Shown piece by piece: positions 1-10,446 of a stretch of 64,000 nt of DNA. The notes under the pieces were generated by a model. That model made no database searches and was not told the origin of the DNA. It saw only the letters and a program-made list of their open reading frames with translations. Within the stretch, counting starts at the first letter, position 1; each line of letters begins with the position of its first letter. Origin of the DNA: Scenedesmus sp. PABB004 (lineage: Eukaryota); contig JABVCE010000016.1 of the NCBI GenBank assembly GCA_014905635.1, positions 496,001 to 560,000 of the forward strand, in the 5' to 3' direction. A program made the translations under genes and the position numbers.

Positions 1-96
1 GGCGGCGCGGCGGCGGCGGCGGCGGCGCGGCGGCGGCGGCGCGGCGGGCCGGCGCGGGTGCGGGTGCGAGGCGCGCGCGACCACCACGCCGCGCAG

Positions 97-1034
97 TCGG
101 CGGCAACCACGAGGCCACCAACTACCTGTGGGAGCTGCACTACGGCGGCTGGGCGGCGCCAAACATCTACTTCCTGGGCTATTCCGGTGCGCCGCGTGCG
201 CCGGGCCCCCAGTGGTCGAGCCGCGCCGGGCTGAGCGGCCGGGCGCGGCGGCCGCGCGCCACGCCGCGCGCCGCGCCGCCATGCCGCGCGCCGTGCTGCC
301 ACGCGCCGCGCCGCGCCGCAGGCGCGGTGCGCTTCGGCGGGCACCGCATTGCGGGACTGTCGGGCACGTTTGTCGCGCCCCACTTTGGCTGGGGGCACCA
401 CGAGGCGCTGCCGTACGACGAGCGGTGCGTGAAGAGCGCTTACCACGTGCGCGCACTGCACGTCCACCGCCTCATGCAGGTGCGCCCGCGCGGCCGGCCG
501 CCCGCGCGGCCGGCCGCCCGCGCGGCCGCGCGCCTGCTGGTGGCGGCTGCTCCGGCGCGGGCCCGGCACGCCGCGTGCCGCTCGCTGAGCCGCGCCTCGC
601 CGCGCAGCTGCGGGAGCCGACGAGCGTGTTCCTGAGCCACGACTGGCCCAACCTCATCACGCGCCACGGCAACGCGGCGTGGCTGTTCAAGAAAAAGCCC
701 TACTTCCAGAAGGAGGTGCGCCCGCGGCGGCGCCTGCGGCGGCGCGCGCGGCGGCGCGCGCGACGGCGGCGCGCGCGGCAGCGCCCGCGGCGGCGGCGCG
801 CGGCGGCGGCGCGCGCGGGCGGCGCGCGGGAGGAGCAAGCCCGCCGTGCGGCGCGCCGCGTCCGCAGGCGGAGCGCGGCGACCTCGGCAGCCCGCCCAAC
901 CAGGCGCTGCTGGAGGCGCTGCAGCCGGACTACTACTTTGCGGCGCACCTGCACGTCAAGTTCCCCGCGGTCGTGCGCCACGGCGGCGGCGCCGGCGGCG
1001 GCGTGCCGGGCGCGGCGCAGCCGGCGCCGGGCGC

Positions 1035-1072
<38 letters not shown>

Positions 1073-2342
1073 CGGCGGCGGCGGGCGCGGGGCAGCAGCA
1101 GGCGGCGGCGGGCGCTGGCGGCGGGGAGCGGGTGACGCGCTTCCTCGCGCTGGACAAGTGCCTGCCGGGGCGCGACTTCCTGCAGGCGAGCGCGCGCGCC
1201 GCACGGCGCGTCGCCGCGCGCCGCGCCGCGCCGCGCCGCGCTGCGTGGGCGGGCGCGCGCTCACGCGCTGCCTGCGCGGCGCGTTGCGCGGTGGCGCTTA
1301 GGTGGTCGAGCTCGAGGCGCGCGGCCCGCTGGAGCTGAGCTACGACGCCGAGTGGCTCGCCGTGCTGCGCAGCACGCACGGCCTCATGTCGACCAGCAAG
1401 CACGCGCCGCCGCTGCCGCCAGACTGGGGCGGCCGCGCGGGTGCGGCGCGGCGGCGGCGGCAGCGGGCGGCGCGGCCGGGGCCGGGCCCCCATTGCTAGC
1501 TCGGCCCGCCGGCCGCTCTCCCCCGACGCTGCGCCGCCGGCGCCGCCGCGCCGCGCGGCGCGCGCAGGGCCGGCGCCCGAGGACGTCGCGCACGTGGAGC
1601 GCCTGCTGTCCGAGCGCGGCAGCGCGGCGATTCCGCACAACTTTGCCCCGACCGCGCCGGCGTTCGACCCCGTCGCGGGGCGCGTGCGCGGCGCGATGCC
1701 GCGTTCCGACCTGCGCAACCCGCAGACCGTCGCGCTGCTCGACTGGCTGGGCCTGCCGTACAACCTCGACCACGCCGCCAACGCGCGCGGCGGCGGCGGC
1801 GGCGGCGGCGGCGGCTGGGCGCGGCGGCCAGGTGCGAGGGCGGGGCGCGCGGGCGCGCGGGCGCGCGGGCGCGCCGCGCCGCCGACGCGCCGCCGACGCG
1901 CGCGCGCCGTCGCCGCGCCGCCCGCGCAGCCGTCGCCGCGGCGGGGGCCGGCCCCGCGTACGCGGCGCCGCGCGGGCTGCTCTCGCAGCAGCAGGGCGGC
2001 GGCGGCGGGGCCAACCCCGAGGAGATCAACATTGACTCCGACTCGGACGGCGGCGGCGGCGGCGGCGCGCCCGCCGCGGCGGCGGCGCCGGCGGCCCTGG
2101 CGGCGGCGGACGCGTTTGAAATTGCGCTGGACGACGACGACGACGACGACGACGGGGGCGGCGACGGGGACGGCGCCGGCGCCGGCGGCGCGCTCGCCGA
2201 CGGCGCGCCCGACAGCGACGCGGACGCGGGCGGCGGCGGCGGCGACGGCGGCGCGGACGGCGACGCCGGGGGCGGCCGGGACGACGACCCGATGTTTGGC
2301 GTGGTCGACACGGCGCGCTTCCCATACTACACCTCCACGTGA
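97..2342 (+). CDS. DBR1: RNA lariat debranching enzyme, multi-exon, 5' end outside the window
   Basis: Spliced exons give [96 protein letters not shown] and an acidic NPEEINID tail, all DBR1 motifs. Stop TGA 2340-2342. Confidence 0.95.
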
Positions 2343-2921
2343 CCACGTGCGCGTGCGCGCGTGCTGACGCGTGGGCTCGCGCGTGAGAGCTCGCCGGGCG
2401 GTAAAGGCCTGCCTGCGCCGCGGGGCGTTACGCTCTCTCTCTCTCTCTCTCCCTCGTGCTGCGCGGGCGGCGGCCTGCACGGCCGCTGCCGTGGGCGGCG
2501 CGCACGCCCGCAGCCCCCTGCAGCCTCCCGCCGCCGCCGTGCCTGCCAGGGGAATAGGCGCCCAGCTGCGTGGGCGACCCCGTCGCCCCGCCTGCAGGCA
2601 GCTGCCTAGGGCCCCAGCCCTCCCTGCTCAGTCTCTGTCTCTCTGTCAAGCGCACGCGCGCCCAGGCCGCGCTCGCCGCCACGCGGCGGTCGCCCAGTCC
2701 CCAACGCGCACGCAGGCCAACTGTACACTCGCGGCTCCTCCCCACCCCCAAGTGCGCAATTCACGCGCGCGGCGAGGGGAGTGTCTCGCAGCCATCGAAG
2801 CAACGGCATGCCGGCGCCCCGGCGTGCGCTGCGCGCGCCGCTGCGCGCGCCGCCCCCGCCGCCGTCCGCGCGGCCGCGGCGCCGCGCGGCGCCAGCCCCC
2901 GGGCGGGCGCCGGCCCGCGTC

Positions 2922-3126
2922 GGCTCGGAGCAGCCGGCCGGCGCTCAGACGAGGCCGCCGAGGCTCAGAGCAGCCGGCCGGCGCTCAGACGAGGCCGCCG
3001 AGGCTCAGAGCAGCCGGCCGGCGCTCAGAAGAGGCCGCCGCGGCTCAGAGCAGCCGGCCGGCGCTCAGACGAGGCCGCCGAGGCTCAGAGCAGCCGGCCG
3101 GCGCTCAGAAGAGGCCGCCGAGGCTC
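2922..3126. repeat. 40-bp tandem repeat, about 5 copies, overlapping the GNAT stop codon
   Basis: Unit GGCTCAGAGCAGCCGGCCGGCGCTCAGA(C/A)GAGGCCGCCG(A/C) starting at 2922, 2962, 3002, 3042, 3082. Confidence 0.95.
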
Positions 3127-4574
3127 TTCTTCTCCTTGCGCTTGCGCGTGAAGGCCATGCCCCGCATGCCGTCGGGGTCGTCCACAAACCCCAGCTTCTT
3201 GTACAGGCCCACCACCTGCCGTGATCAGGCGGCGCGACCGGCGGGAGCGAGCGCGGCGCGGCGCGGCGAGGCGCGCGACGCAGTGAGCGAGCGGCGCGGC
3301 GCGGCGCGCAGTGAGTGAGCGGCGCGGCGCGGCGCGGGGCGCGTGCGTCGCTTGATGAACCGCCCCCGCCACGCGCCTGGGGCTCGGCGTAGAGCGTGAT
3401 CGTGCCGATGCCGTCCGCCAGCAGCGTTTGCGTGAGCCGCTCGATCATGGCGCGCCCCAGCCCGCTGCGCTGCCACGCCGGCGACACCGCGACGTCCCTG
3501 CGCGGCGCGGCGCGGCGCGGCGGGCGCGGCGCCGCGCGGCGCGTGGGCAGCTGCGGGCCGCTGGCACCGCGGCCGGGAGCCGCCGCCCCTCACCAGATCG
3601 TCGCGCTGAGCACGCCGTCGCTCGTCGCGCGCGCAAAGCCCAGCAGCTGCCCCAGCCTCGCGACGCGGCTCTGCTTCAGCGAGCGAATCCAGATGAGCCT
3701 GCCGGCGAGCGGCGGCGCCGCACGCGCGGCGCGTCGGCCGCGGCAGGCAGCACACAGCGGACGCTCCCAGCTGCCCCCGCGCGCGCTGCCCGGCGGCTGC
3801 GGCGCGGCGGCGCGCCCGCCGCGCCGCACCGGTGCGTGTTGTCCAGCGCCACCTTGAGCCGGTCAGGGTCGCGCCGGGGGAAGCCGACCTGCGGCGAGCG
3901 GCGGCGAGGGCGGGCGGGCGGCGACCGGTCGGCGGGCTCGCCCGGACGGGCCCCCCGCCCGGCGGGGCGCGCGCAGCTGCGCCGGGGCGCGCCTTCTCAA
4001 AGAGCTCGTTCAGCTCCGTTATTTTGATGCCGTCCCGCGCCTCGACGAACTCGACGCCGAGCGCCGCAAACTCGGCGTCGGCCTTGCTGATCGGCGGCGG
4101 CGGCGGCGGCGCGCCCGCGAGCCGCGCCGCCAGGGCCGCCTTGTCGGTGCACACGCCGTCACCGGTGGCGAGCTCTGCGGGCACGGCAGCCGGCGGGCGG
4201 CGCGCGCGTCGGCGGGCGGCGTGTGGCAGCGCCACGACCGCTGCGCGCCGCGCCGCGCGGCCGCCGGACGCCGCCGGCGCGCCCCGCCGCGGCACCGCGC
4301 TGGCCGGCCCGCGCTGTGGCGACGGGGCGACTGGCGCCGCGCAATTCGGGCGCCAGGCGGGTGTGGCGCGGCAGCACGCACTTGCGGTGGCCAGCGGCAG
4401 CCCCACGAAGCACAGGCGCGGCTTGTCGCGCCCCACCAGGCTCTCCGGCGACGCAGGAGACGTAGGGGCGGGCCGCGCAGGCCGCAGCGGCGCGCGCGGG
4501 GGCGCGACGCTCGCTGCAGCCCGCGGCCGCGGCGCGAGCGCCGCGCCCGCCCGCGGCTGCAGCCGCGTCTGCAT
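3105..4574 (-). CDS. GNAT acetyltransferase, NSI/SNAT-like, probably plastid-targeted
   Basis: Ala/Arg/Pro-rich N-terminus, then ELNELFEK|VGFPRRDPDRLKVALDNTH|...LLGFARATSDGVLSATIW|DVAVSPAWQRSGLGRAMIE (acetyl-CoA motif QxxGxG)...ITLYAEPQ|VVGLYKKLGF...KKSLGGLF*. Confidence 0.9.
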
Positions 4575-5089
4575 CTCGATCGGCGCTCCCTGCCTGCGGA
4601 GGCGGCTGCGGTCGAGGGAGGCTGCTCACGCGGCGAGCATCGGCGGCGGCGAGCGCTGGTGGCCAGGCAGCTGCAGCAGCCTCTGGCGCGCAAGCCAAGC
4701 GCCCTCGGCTAGCGCGAATGACCGGCTGTGAGGATGGGCAGGGGGCCGGGGGCAGCTACCACGGGGCGGCAGCGCGACGCCGCGAGCGGGTTGCGGCCGA
4801 GGGTTTGCCGCCGGGGCTTACCCGGGCGACCTCGCCACGCGGCAAAGCTCATTGCTCCAACCACTTGTGCCAATGAAATGTGCGCGGTTGCGCTGATGTA
4901 CAAGGCCGCCCGCCCGTCATTGCTCCCTCGCATTGCGTTGCCGCCTCGCCTATCCTAAAAAACGCGCCCACGCCGTCCGCCTGCTGCTGCTCCTGCTCCT
5001 GCTGCCAGGCGCGCCGCAGCGCTGCCGGTTGCCGCCGCCCCCGGCGGCGGCTGCGCTGCGCCGCGCGGCGCGCCCGGCGGGGGCCGGCG

Positions 5090-6615
5090 TTAGTGGCGGT
5101 GCGCCTCGCTGATGCCTGCGGCGCGGCGCGGCGGGCGGCGCGGCTCAAAGTGGGCAGCGCGGCGCGCGCCGGTCGCGCCCTGCCCTCCCTCGCTCCCTCC
5201 CTCCCTCCGTCTTTGCCACCCCGCCCGCCCGCGCCGCCCGGCGCACCGAGCATGAGCTTGGCGACGTAGAAGTAGACGACCAGGCCGGTGCTGTCAACGA
5301 TGGTCGTCATGAACGGCACGCTCGTCACGGCGGGGTCAAACCTGGGTTTGAAAACGCGTGGTCAAACGCGCGGTCAAACACGGGGTCAAACGGTGAGGAG
5401 GGGGAGGGGTCAGACGGCCGCGCGGCGGGAGAGCAGCGCGCGCGGGGCGCGCGGCGCGGCGCCGCGCACTTGAGGCGGTCGGCCAGCAGCGTCAGGAGCG
5501 CGCCGAGGCCGTTGGCCCACAGCGACACCAGCTGCGCGCGGGCGCGGCGCCGCGGGCGCGGGCGCGGGCGTGGGCGCGGCGCCGCGCCGCCGCGCGCGCT
5601 GCTGCCGCCGCCGCTCGCTCGCGCCGCGCCCGCCGCGCGCCGCGCGCCGCGCGCCGCACCGGCAGCGCGATCGCCACGGCCGCGCCGACCTGCAGCGAGA
5701 TGCCCGACCACACCCACGAGAACGCGAGGATGCAGAGCCCCAGCACCGCGCCCATCATGCACCCCGCGCCCGCCTCCTTGAGGCACACGCGCAGCATGTC
5801 GCGGCTGCTGACCTGCTTCAGCGCGAGCGCCCTGCGCGCCGGCCGCGGCGGCGGCGGTGGCGCGGCTCGGCGCGCGGCGCGGCGCGCGCCGCCGCCGCCG
5901 CAGCCGCGCGGCCGCCGCCGCACCGGATGACGGTCGTGACGCTCTGCGAGCCGGTGTTGCCGCCGTGGCCCATGATGAGGGGGACGAAGAAGCTCAGCTC
6001 GACGTGGTGCGCGAGCACGTCCTCAAACTGCTCCACCACGACCGCCGCGAGCAGCAGGCCGACGCAGAAGACGACGAGCCAGCCTGTGCGGCTGCGCGCG
6101 ATGTCCAGTATGCCCTCGCGCCTGCGCGCGGGCGCGGGGGCCGGGGCAGGCGACGCGGCGGGGGTGCGCGCGCGGTCGGCGCGACGGCGGGCGGCGCGGC
6201 CGCTGCTGCCACGCGCGGCGCGGGCTGCCGCCGCCGCCGCGCCGCGCGCGCCGCTCACGCGTAGTCCGGTTCGTCGAGGTCGTCCACGTCGTGGCTGTGT
6301 AGGTGCTTCCCGCTGCGGCGGCGCGGCGCGCGCGGCGCGCGCGGCGCGTCGGCGCCGGAGCAGCAGCAGCGGCCGCGCCGCGGCGGCGCATACGCGCCGC
6401 CGGCGGCGCCGCCGGGCCGGCTGGGCCGGCGCCCGCCCGAGATGCGTGGCCTCGGCCCCGCCCCGCCGGCGCTGGGCGGCGCATGGCCCCGGGGCAGCGC
6501 GGCGCGCGCTGGACATGCGCTGCCCCCGCCCGCCCAGCGCCGCAGCGGCGCGCCGGCGCCCTCACCGCTCCGAGGGCCGCTTTGTGCTGATCGACAGCGG
6601 CAGCCCCGGCGACAT
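5090..6615 (-). CDS. MgtE-family Mg2+ transporter (membrane domain only)
   Basis: RSRTGWL...FEDVLAHHVELSFFVPLIMGHGGNTGSQSVTTVIR|ALAL...KEAGAG...|FDPAVTSVPFMTTIVDSTGLVVYF. GGNxGxQ and DPA..P..TT..D are MgtE motifs. The start and last small exon are inferred. Confidence 0.9.
5334..5391. repeat. GGTCAAA/TTTGACC short repeats, 12-bp period, at an MgtE intron 3' end
   Basis: GGTCAAA at 5334, 5360, 5372 and 5384. Confidence 0.85.
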
Positions 6616-6987
6616 GGCGCCCGCGAGCGCAACGACCGAGTCGCCCGGGCTTGCAGGCGGCGTTGCGAGGCGTGGGGCGTCGCCCGGAAGGAGGGGGGCA
6701 AACGCCGGCGTGAACTGGGTCCGCGGCGCGCGAACGGCGGCGGCAGCGACGACGCCCACGCGGGACCCTGCTCTGCCCTCGCTGCGCCCTCCACGCGCCG
6801 CCGCCCGCGCTGCGCGCCCGGCCCCACACCCGTCTTGGCACCAGGAACGCTCCGTGCGCCTGCCTTGCTCGTGCAAGCCGCGCAGTCGGCACACGCGCTT
6901 GAATTTCTGCCGCCGCCCACGGCGCCCCCGCGGGCCCGCACCGCCCTCCGGCCGCCCGAGCGAGCGCGGCAGGAGGGGCGCGGCTGC

Positions 6988-7462
6988 ATGGAGGCCCAGT
7001 CCGGCGCGCCGGCGGCGCTGCCCGGCGCGCTGCGCGACGCAAACGCGCTGCTGCTGCGCGCGCTCGCCGCCGGCGCCGCGCCGCCCGCCGACGACGGCGC
7101 GCTGGTGGAGCAGATCGCCGCCTACCGCGCCAGCATACGCGGCCTCGCCAAGGCGCTCGGCGGCGGCGGCAGCGGCGGCGGCGGCGGCGCGGACGACGGC
7201 GCGGCGGCGCCCGACCAGGACGCCGGCGCCGCCGAAGCAGAGGCAGCAGCGGGCGCAGCGGCGGCGGGTGCAGGAGCACCGGCAGCACCGGCGGCAGCGG
7301 GTGGTGTAGCAGCAGCAGGGGCAGCAGCAGCAGCAGCGGCGGGCTTTGGCGGCCTGGGCGAGGAGGGCGTGGACTACACGGTGCGCCGGCGGCCGCGCGG
7401 CGGCAGCACCGCGCCGGCAGCAGCGCCGCGCGCCCGCCCGCCGCCGCGACCACGCCCCGAGC

Positions 7463-7493
<31 letters not shown>

Positions 7494-8631
7494 GGCGCAG
7501 GTCGCGGACGCGGAGGGCCTCGACCCGTCGGAGTGGCAGGTCCCGCCGCACTGCGTGCCGATACACGCCAACGTCACGACCTTTGACTGGCCCCGCCTCG
7601 CCGCGGCGGCGGCGTTTGACGTCATCCTCATGGACCCGCCCTGGCAGCTCGCGACCGCCAACCCCACGCGCGGCGTCGCGCTCGGGTACAGCCAGCTGAC
7701 AGACGCCGACATCGCGGCGCTGCCGGTGCCGGACCTGCAGGGCGCGGGCTTCCTCTTTGTCTGGGTCATCAACTCAAAGGTCAAGCTCACGCTCGACCTG
7801 TTTGACAAGTGGGGCTACACGTGAGCGCGGCGGTGCACGCGCGCGCGGGGAGCCAGAGGTTGAGGCGCCAGGCCGAAAAGGCGTCGGGCCGCCGCCGCAG
7901 CGGCCGCCGCCGCCGCCGATCGCCGCGCCGCCCGCGCCGCGCGCAGGCTGGTGGACGAGGTGGTGTGGGTGAAGATGACGGTCAACCGCCGCCTCGCCAA
8001 GAGCCACGGCTACTACCTGCAGCACGCCAAGGAGGTCTGCCTCGTCGGCCTCAAGCAGCCCCCGCCCGCCGGCGACGAGCGCGACGACGACCGCGGCGAG
8101 GGCGGCGGCGCGGCGGCCTGCAGCCCGCAGGCCGCGCAGCGCGCGCGCTGGCGGGCGCGCGGGCCGCTCGCGGGGCTCGCGCGCGGCGGCGTGTGCAGCG
8201 ACGTCATCTTCAGCGAGCGCCGCGGGCAGAGCCAGAAGCCGGAGGAGATCTACGAGCTCATAGAGGCGCTCGTGCCCGGCGGTGCGGCGCGGCGGCGGCG
8301 GCGCGCGCCTGCACAGGGCGCGGGCGGCCGGGCGCTCAGGCCGGCGGCCCGCGCGGCGGCGGGGCGGCGGCGGGGCGGGCAGGTGGCGGCGCCTGCGGGC
8401 GCGCGCGCAGAGGGGACGCCGCAGAGCGCGCGCGCCGCGCCCGCGCGCCCCGCAGGCACGTACCTCGAGATATTCGCCCGCAAAAACAACCTACGCGACT
8501 TCTGGGTGAGCGTGGGCAACGAGGTCACCGGCACGGGCCTGCCGAACGAGGACATGGCCGCGCTCGCCGGCGCTGGCGCCGTGCCGGGCGCCGTGTTCGG
8601 CCGCGGCGGCGGCGGCGGCGGCGGCAAGTGA
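6988..8631 (+). CDS. AMT1: MT-A70 adenine methyltransferase, AMT1/MTA1 (DNA 6mA) clade
   Basis: FDVILMDPPWQLATANPTRGVALGY, GFLFVWVIN, WGY|LVDEVVWVK, AKSHGYYLQHAKEVCLVG, SDVIFSERRGQSQKPEEIY, YLEIFARKNNL..WVSVGNE. These match motifs I recall for ciliate MTA1/AMT1 better than METTL3. Confidence 0.9.
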
Positions 8632-8891
8632 GGCGTGCTGACGAGCGGAACTCGCGGCGCGCGGGCGCTGAACGACGCTGCGCGCGGCCTTTTCCCGCGG
8701 ACGCACGGTCGTCGATGCCTCGCCCGCCCGAACCGCCGCGGCCCCCGCCAGCCTCGCGCGCGCCGCCCAGAGCTTTCCTGCAACTGCGCGCGCTCGAACC
8801 AGACCAAGCCGTCAGCTCCCGCCCCCGCGCCAGCCGGCGACCGCCGCCGCCAGACAGCGCTGCTGCCGCCGCGCGCAAGCCGCCGCGCGCC

Positions 8892-10307
8892 ATGGGCTCG
8901 ACCATGGAGGACCTGGTGCGTGTCGGCGGAGCTCAGGACGCCGCTCCGTGCGCCCTGCGCCGCGCCAGCTGCTGCGGCGCGAGCTCCGCCGCCGCCGCCG
9001 CCGCCGCTGCCGCGCGCGCCGCGCCAGCTGCGAGCTCCTCCGCCGCCGCCCCCGCCGGCCGCCGCAGATGCGCCGCCGCCTGGAAGAGAAGCAGGCCGCC
9101 TACGACGCGCAGTGGGACGGCGGGCGGGGGTCGCACCACCCCGACTACGACCCCGCCGCGCCCGGCGTCAAGGCCAGCCGCGCGACGGAGGAGCTCTACA
9201 ACGCCATCGTGGCCAACGACCTCGCCGAGGCGCGCACCACGCGGGTCTTGCGCCGCGCCGCCGCGCCGCGCCGCGCGGGCTCACTGCGCCGCGGTTGACC
9301 CGTGGAGGTCGTCTCCACTCCACCCTTGACTCCACTCCGCCCATCGCGGCCGGCCGCCCATCGCAGGTGTACGCCAAGATCGAAGCAGGCGCGGACGTCA
9401 ACTTTGTGTTTGGCCCCGCCTACGCCTGCCCCGAGGGCTACACCCCGCTCATGGTCGCGGCGCACCGGGGGCGGCTCGAGTGCGCCAAGGCCCTGCTGCG
9501 CGCGGGTGCGCGCGTGCGGGCGTCCCGCGGCCAGCCGCGCGCCGGCGCCGCGCCGCGCGACCGCCTGGCTCGAGCCAGCGAGCTCGCCGCCCGGCGCGCG
9601 CCGCCGCGCCCCGCCACCAGGCGCCGACCCCAACTACGTCAACGCGGGCGGCGACCTCCTGCTCTTCTGGGCCATCGACGGCGGCGCGGGCCTCATCAAG
9701 CTGCTCGCGCGCTACGGCGCGCAGCTGGACGCCGCGTCGCCCAAGGCGCGCGCGTGCCACGCGCCGCGCGCGCCGCGCCGCGCGCCGCCAGCGCCGGCCG
9801 TGCCGCCGCCGCGCGCAGCCAGCGGGCGCCGGTGCCGGCAGCCCCGGCTGCAGCCGGCCGGTGAGCGCCGAGCCGCCGCGCGCCGCCGCTGCCGGCCGGC
9901 CAGCAGGGCTGGACGCCCCTGAGCTACGCCAAGGCGCGCGGCAAGTACGGGCCGACGGAGGAGGCCGGCGTCTATCCAGAGGTGCGGCCGGCGCCGCGCG
10001 CGCGCAAATGGGCCAGCCGGCGCCCTGGTGCCAGTGAGCTGGCTCGCCGGGCGGCGGCCGTGCCCCTCGAGCTGGCTGCCGACCGGCGCCGCGCCTCGCG
10101 CGGCCCGGGCGCGCCCAGTTCCTTCCTCCCTGCCCCCGCGCCCGCGCCCGCGCCCGCCAGGACGTGCTGCTGTACCACGGCGCCACCAAGTACGGCAGCG
10201 GCCCGCCAGCGCTCGGCACGCGGTCGCCGCGCAACTCGTACGACCCCGCCGCGCCCAACTTCCGCCGCCAGCGCGGCACCTACCAGGAGGTGTTTGAGGC
10301 GCCCTGA
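8892..10307 (+). CDS. Ankyrin-repeat protein
   Basis: Seven exons: GADVN...GYTPLMVAAHRGRLECAKALLRA|GADPNYVNAGGDLLLFWA...GAQLDAASPK|GWTPLSYA; ends QEVFEAP*. Confidence 0.9.
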
Positions 10308-10446
10308 GCGGGCGGCCGTGAACCGCGCTGGCGCGGCGTGCCCAGCAGGCGCGCGCGTGGGGGCTGCCGTGCGGCGCGGACACCGGGCGCGGCCCCCGAG
10401 TTGCAAGCAGAGCCTGGCCGCGCAGCGGCGCTGCCCCGTCGCCCGC

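Noticed and set aside
2434..2450. (CT)n and scattered (GGC)n, (CAG)n and poly-C/G runs
   Set aside because: Ordinary microsatellites and low-complexity codon runs with no further structure.
933..2480. Long Arg/Ala/Pro-rich antisense or alternative-frame ORFs (this and many others in the track)
   Set aside because: Stop codons are rare at this GC content; these ORFs overlap well-supported spliced genes and carry no motifs.
2922..3126. CRISPR array
   Set aside because: Units are contiguous with no unique spacers, there are no cas genes, and the context is eukaryotic.
6988..8631. METTL3/Ime4 mRNA m6A writer
   Set aside because: No CCCH zinc fingers or METTL3-specific loop; motifs fit the AMT1 clade better.
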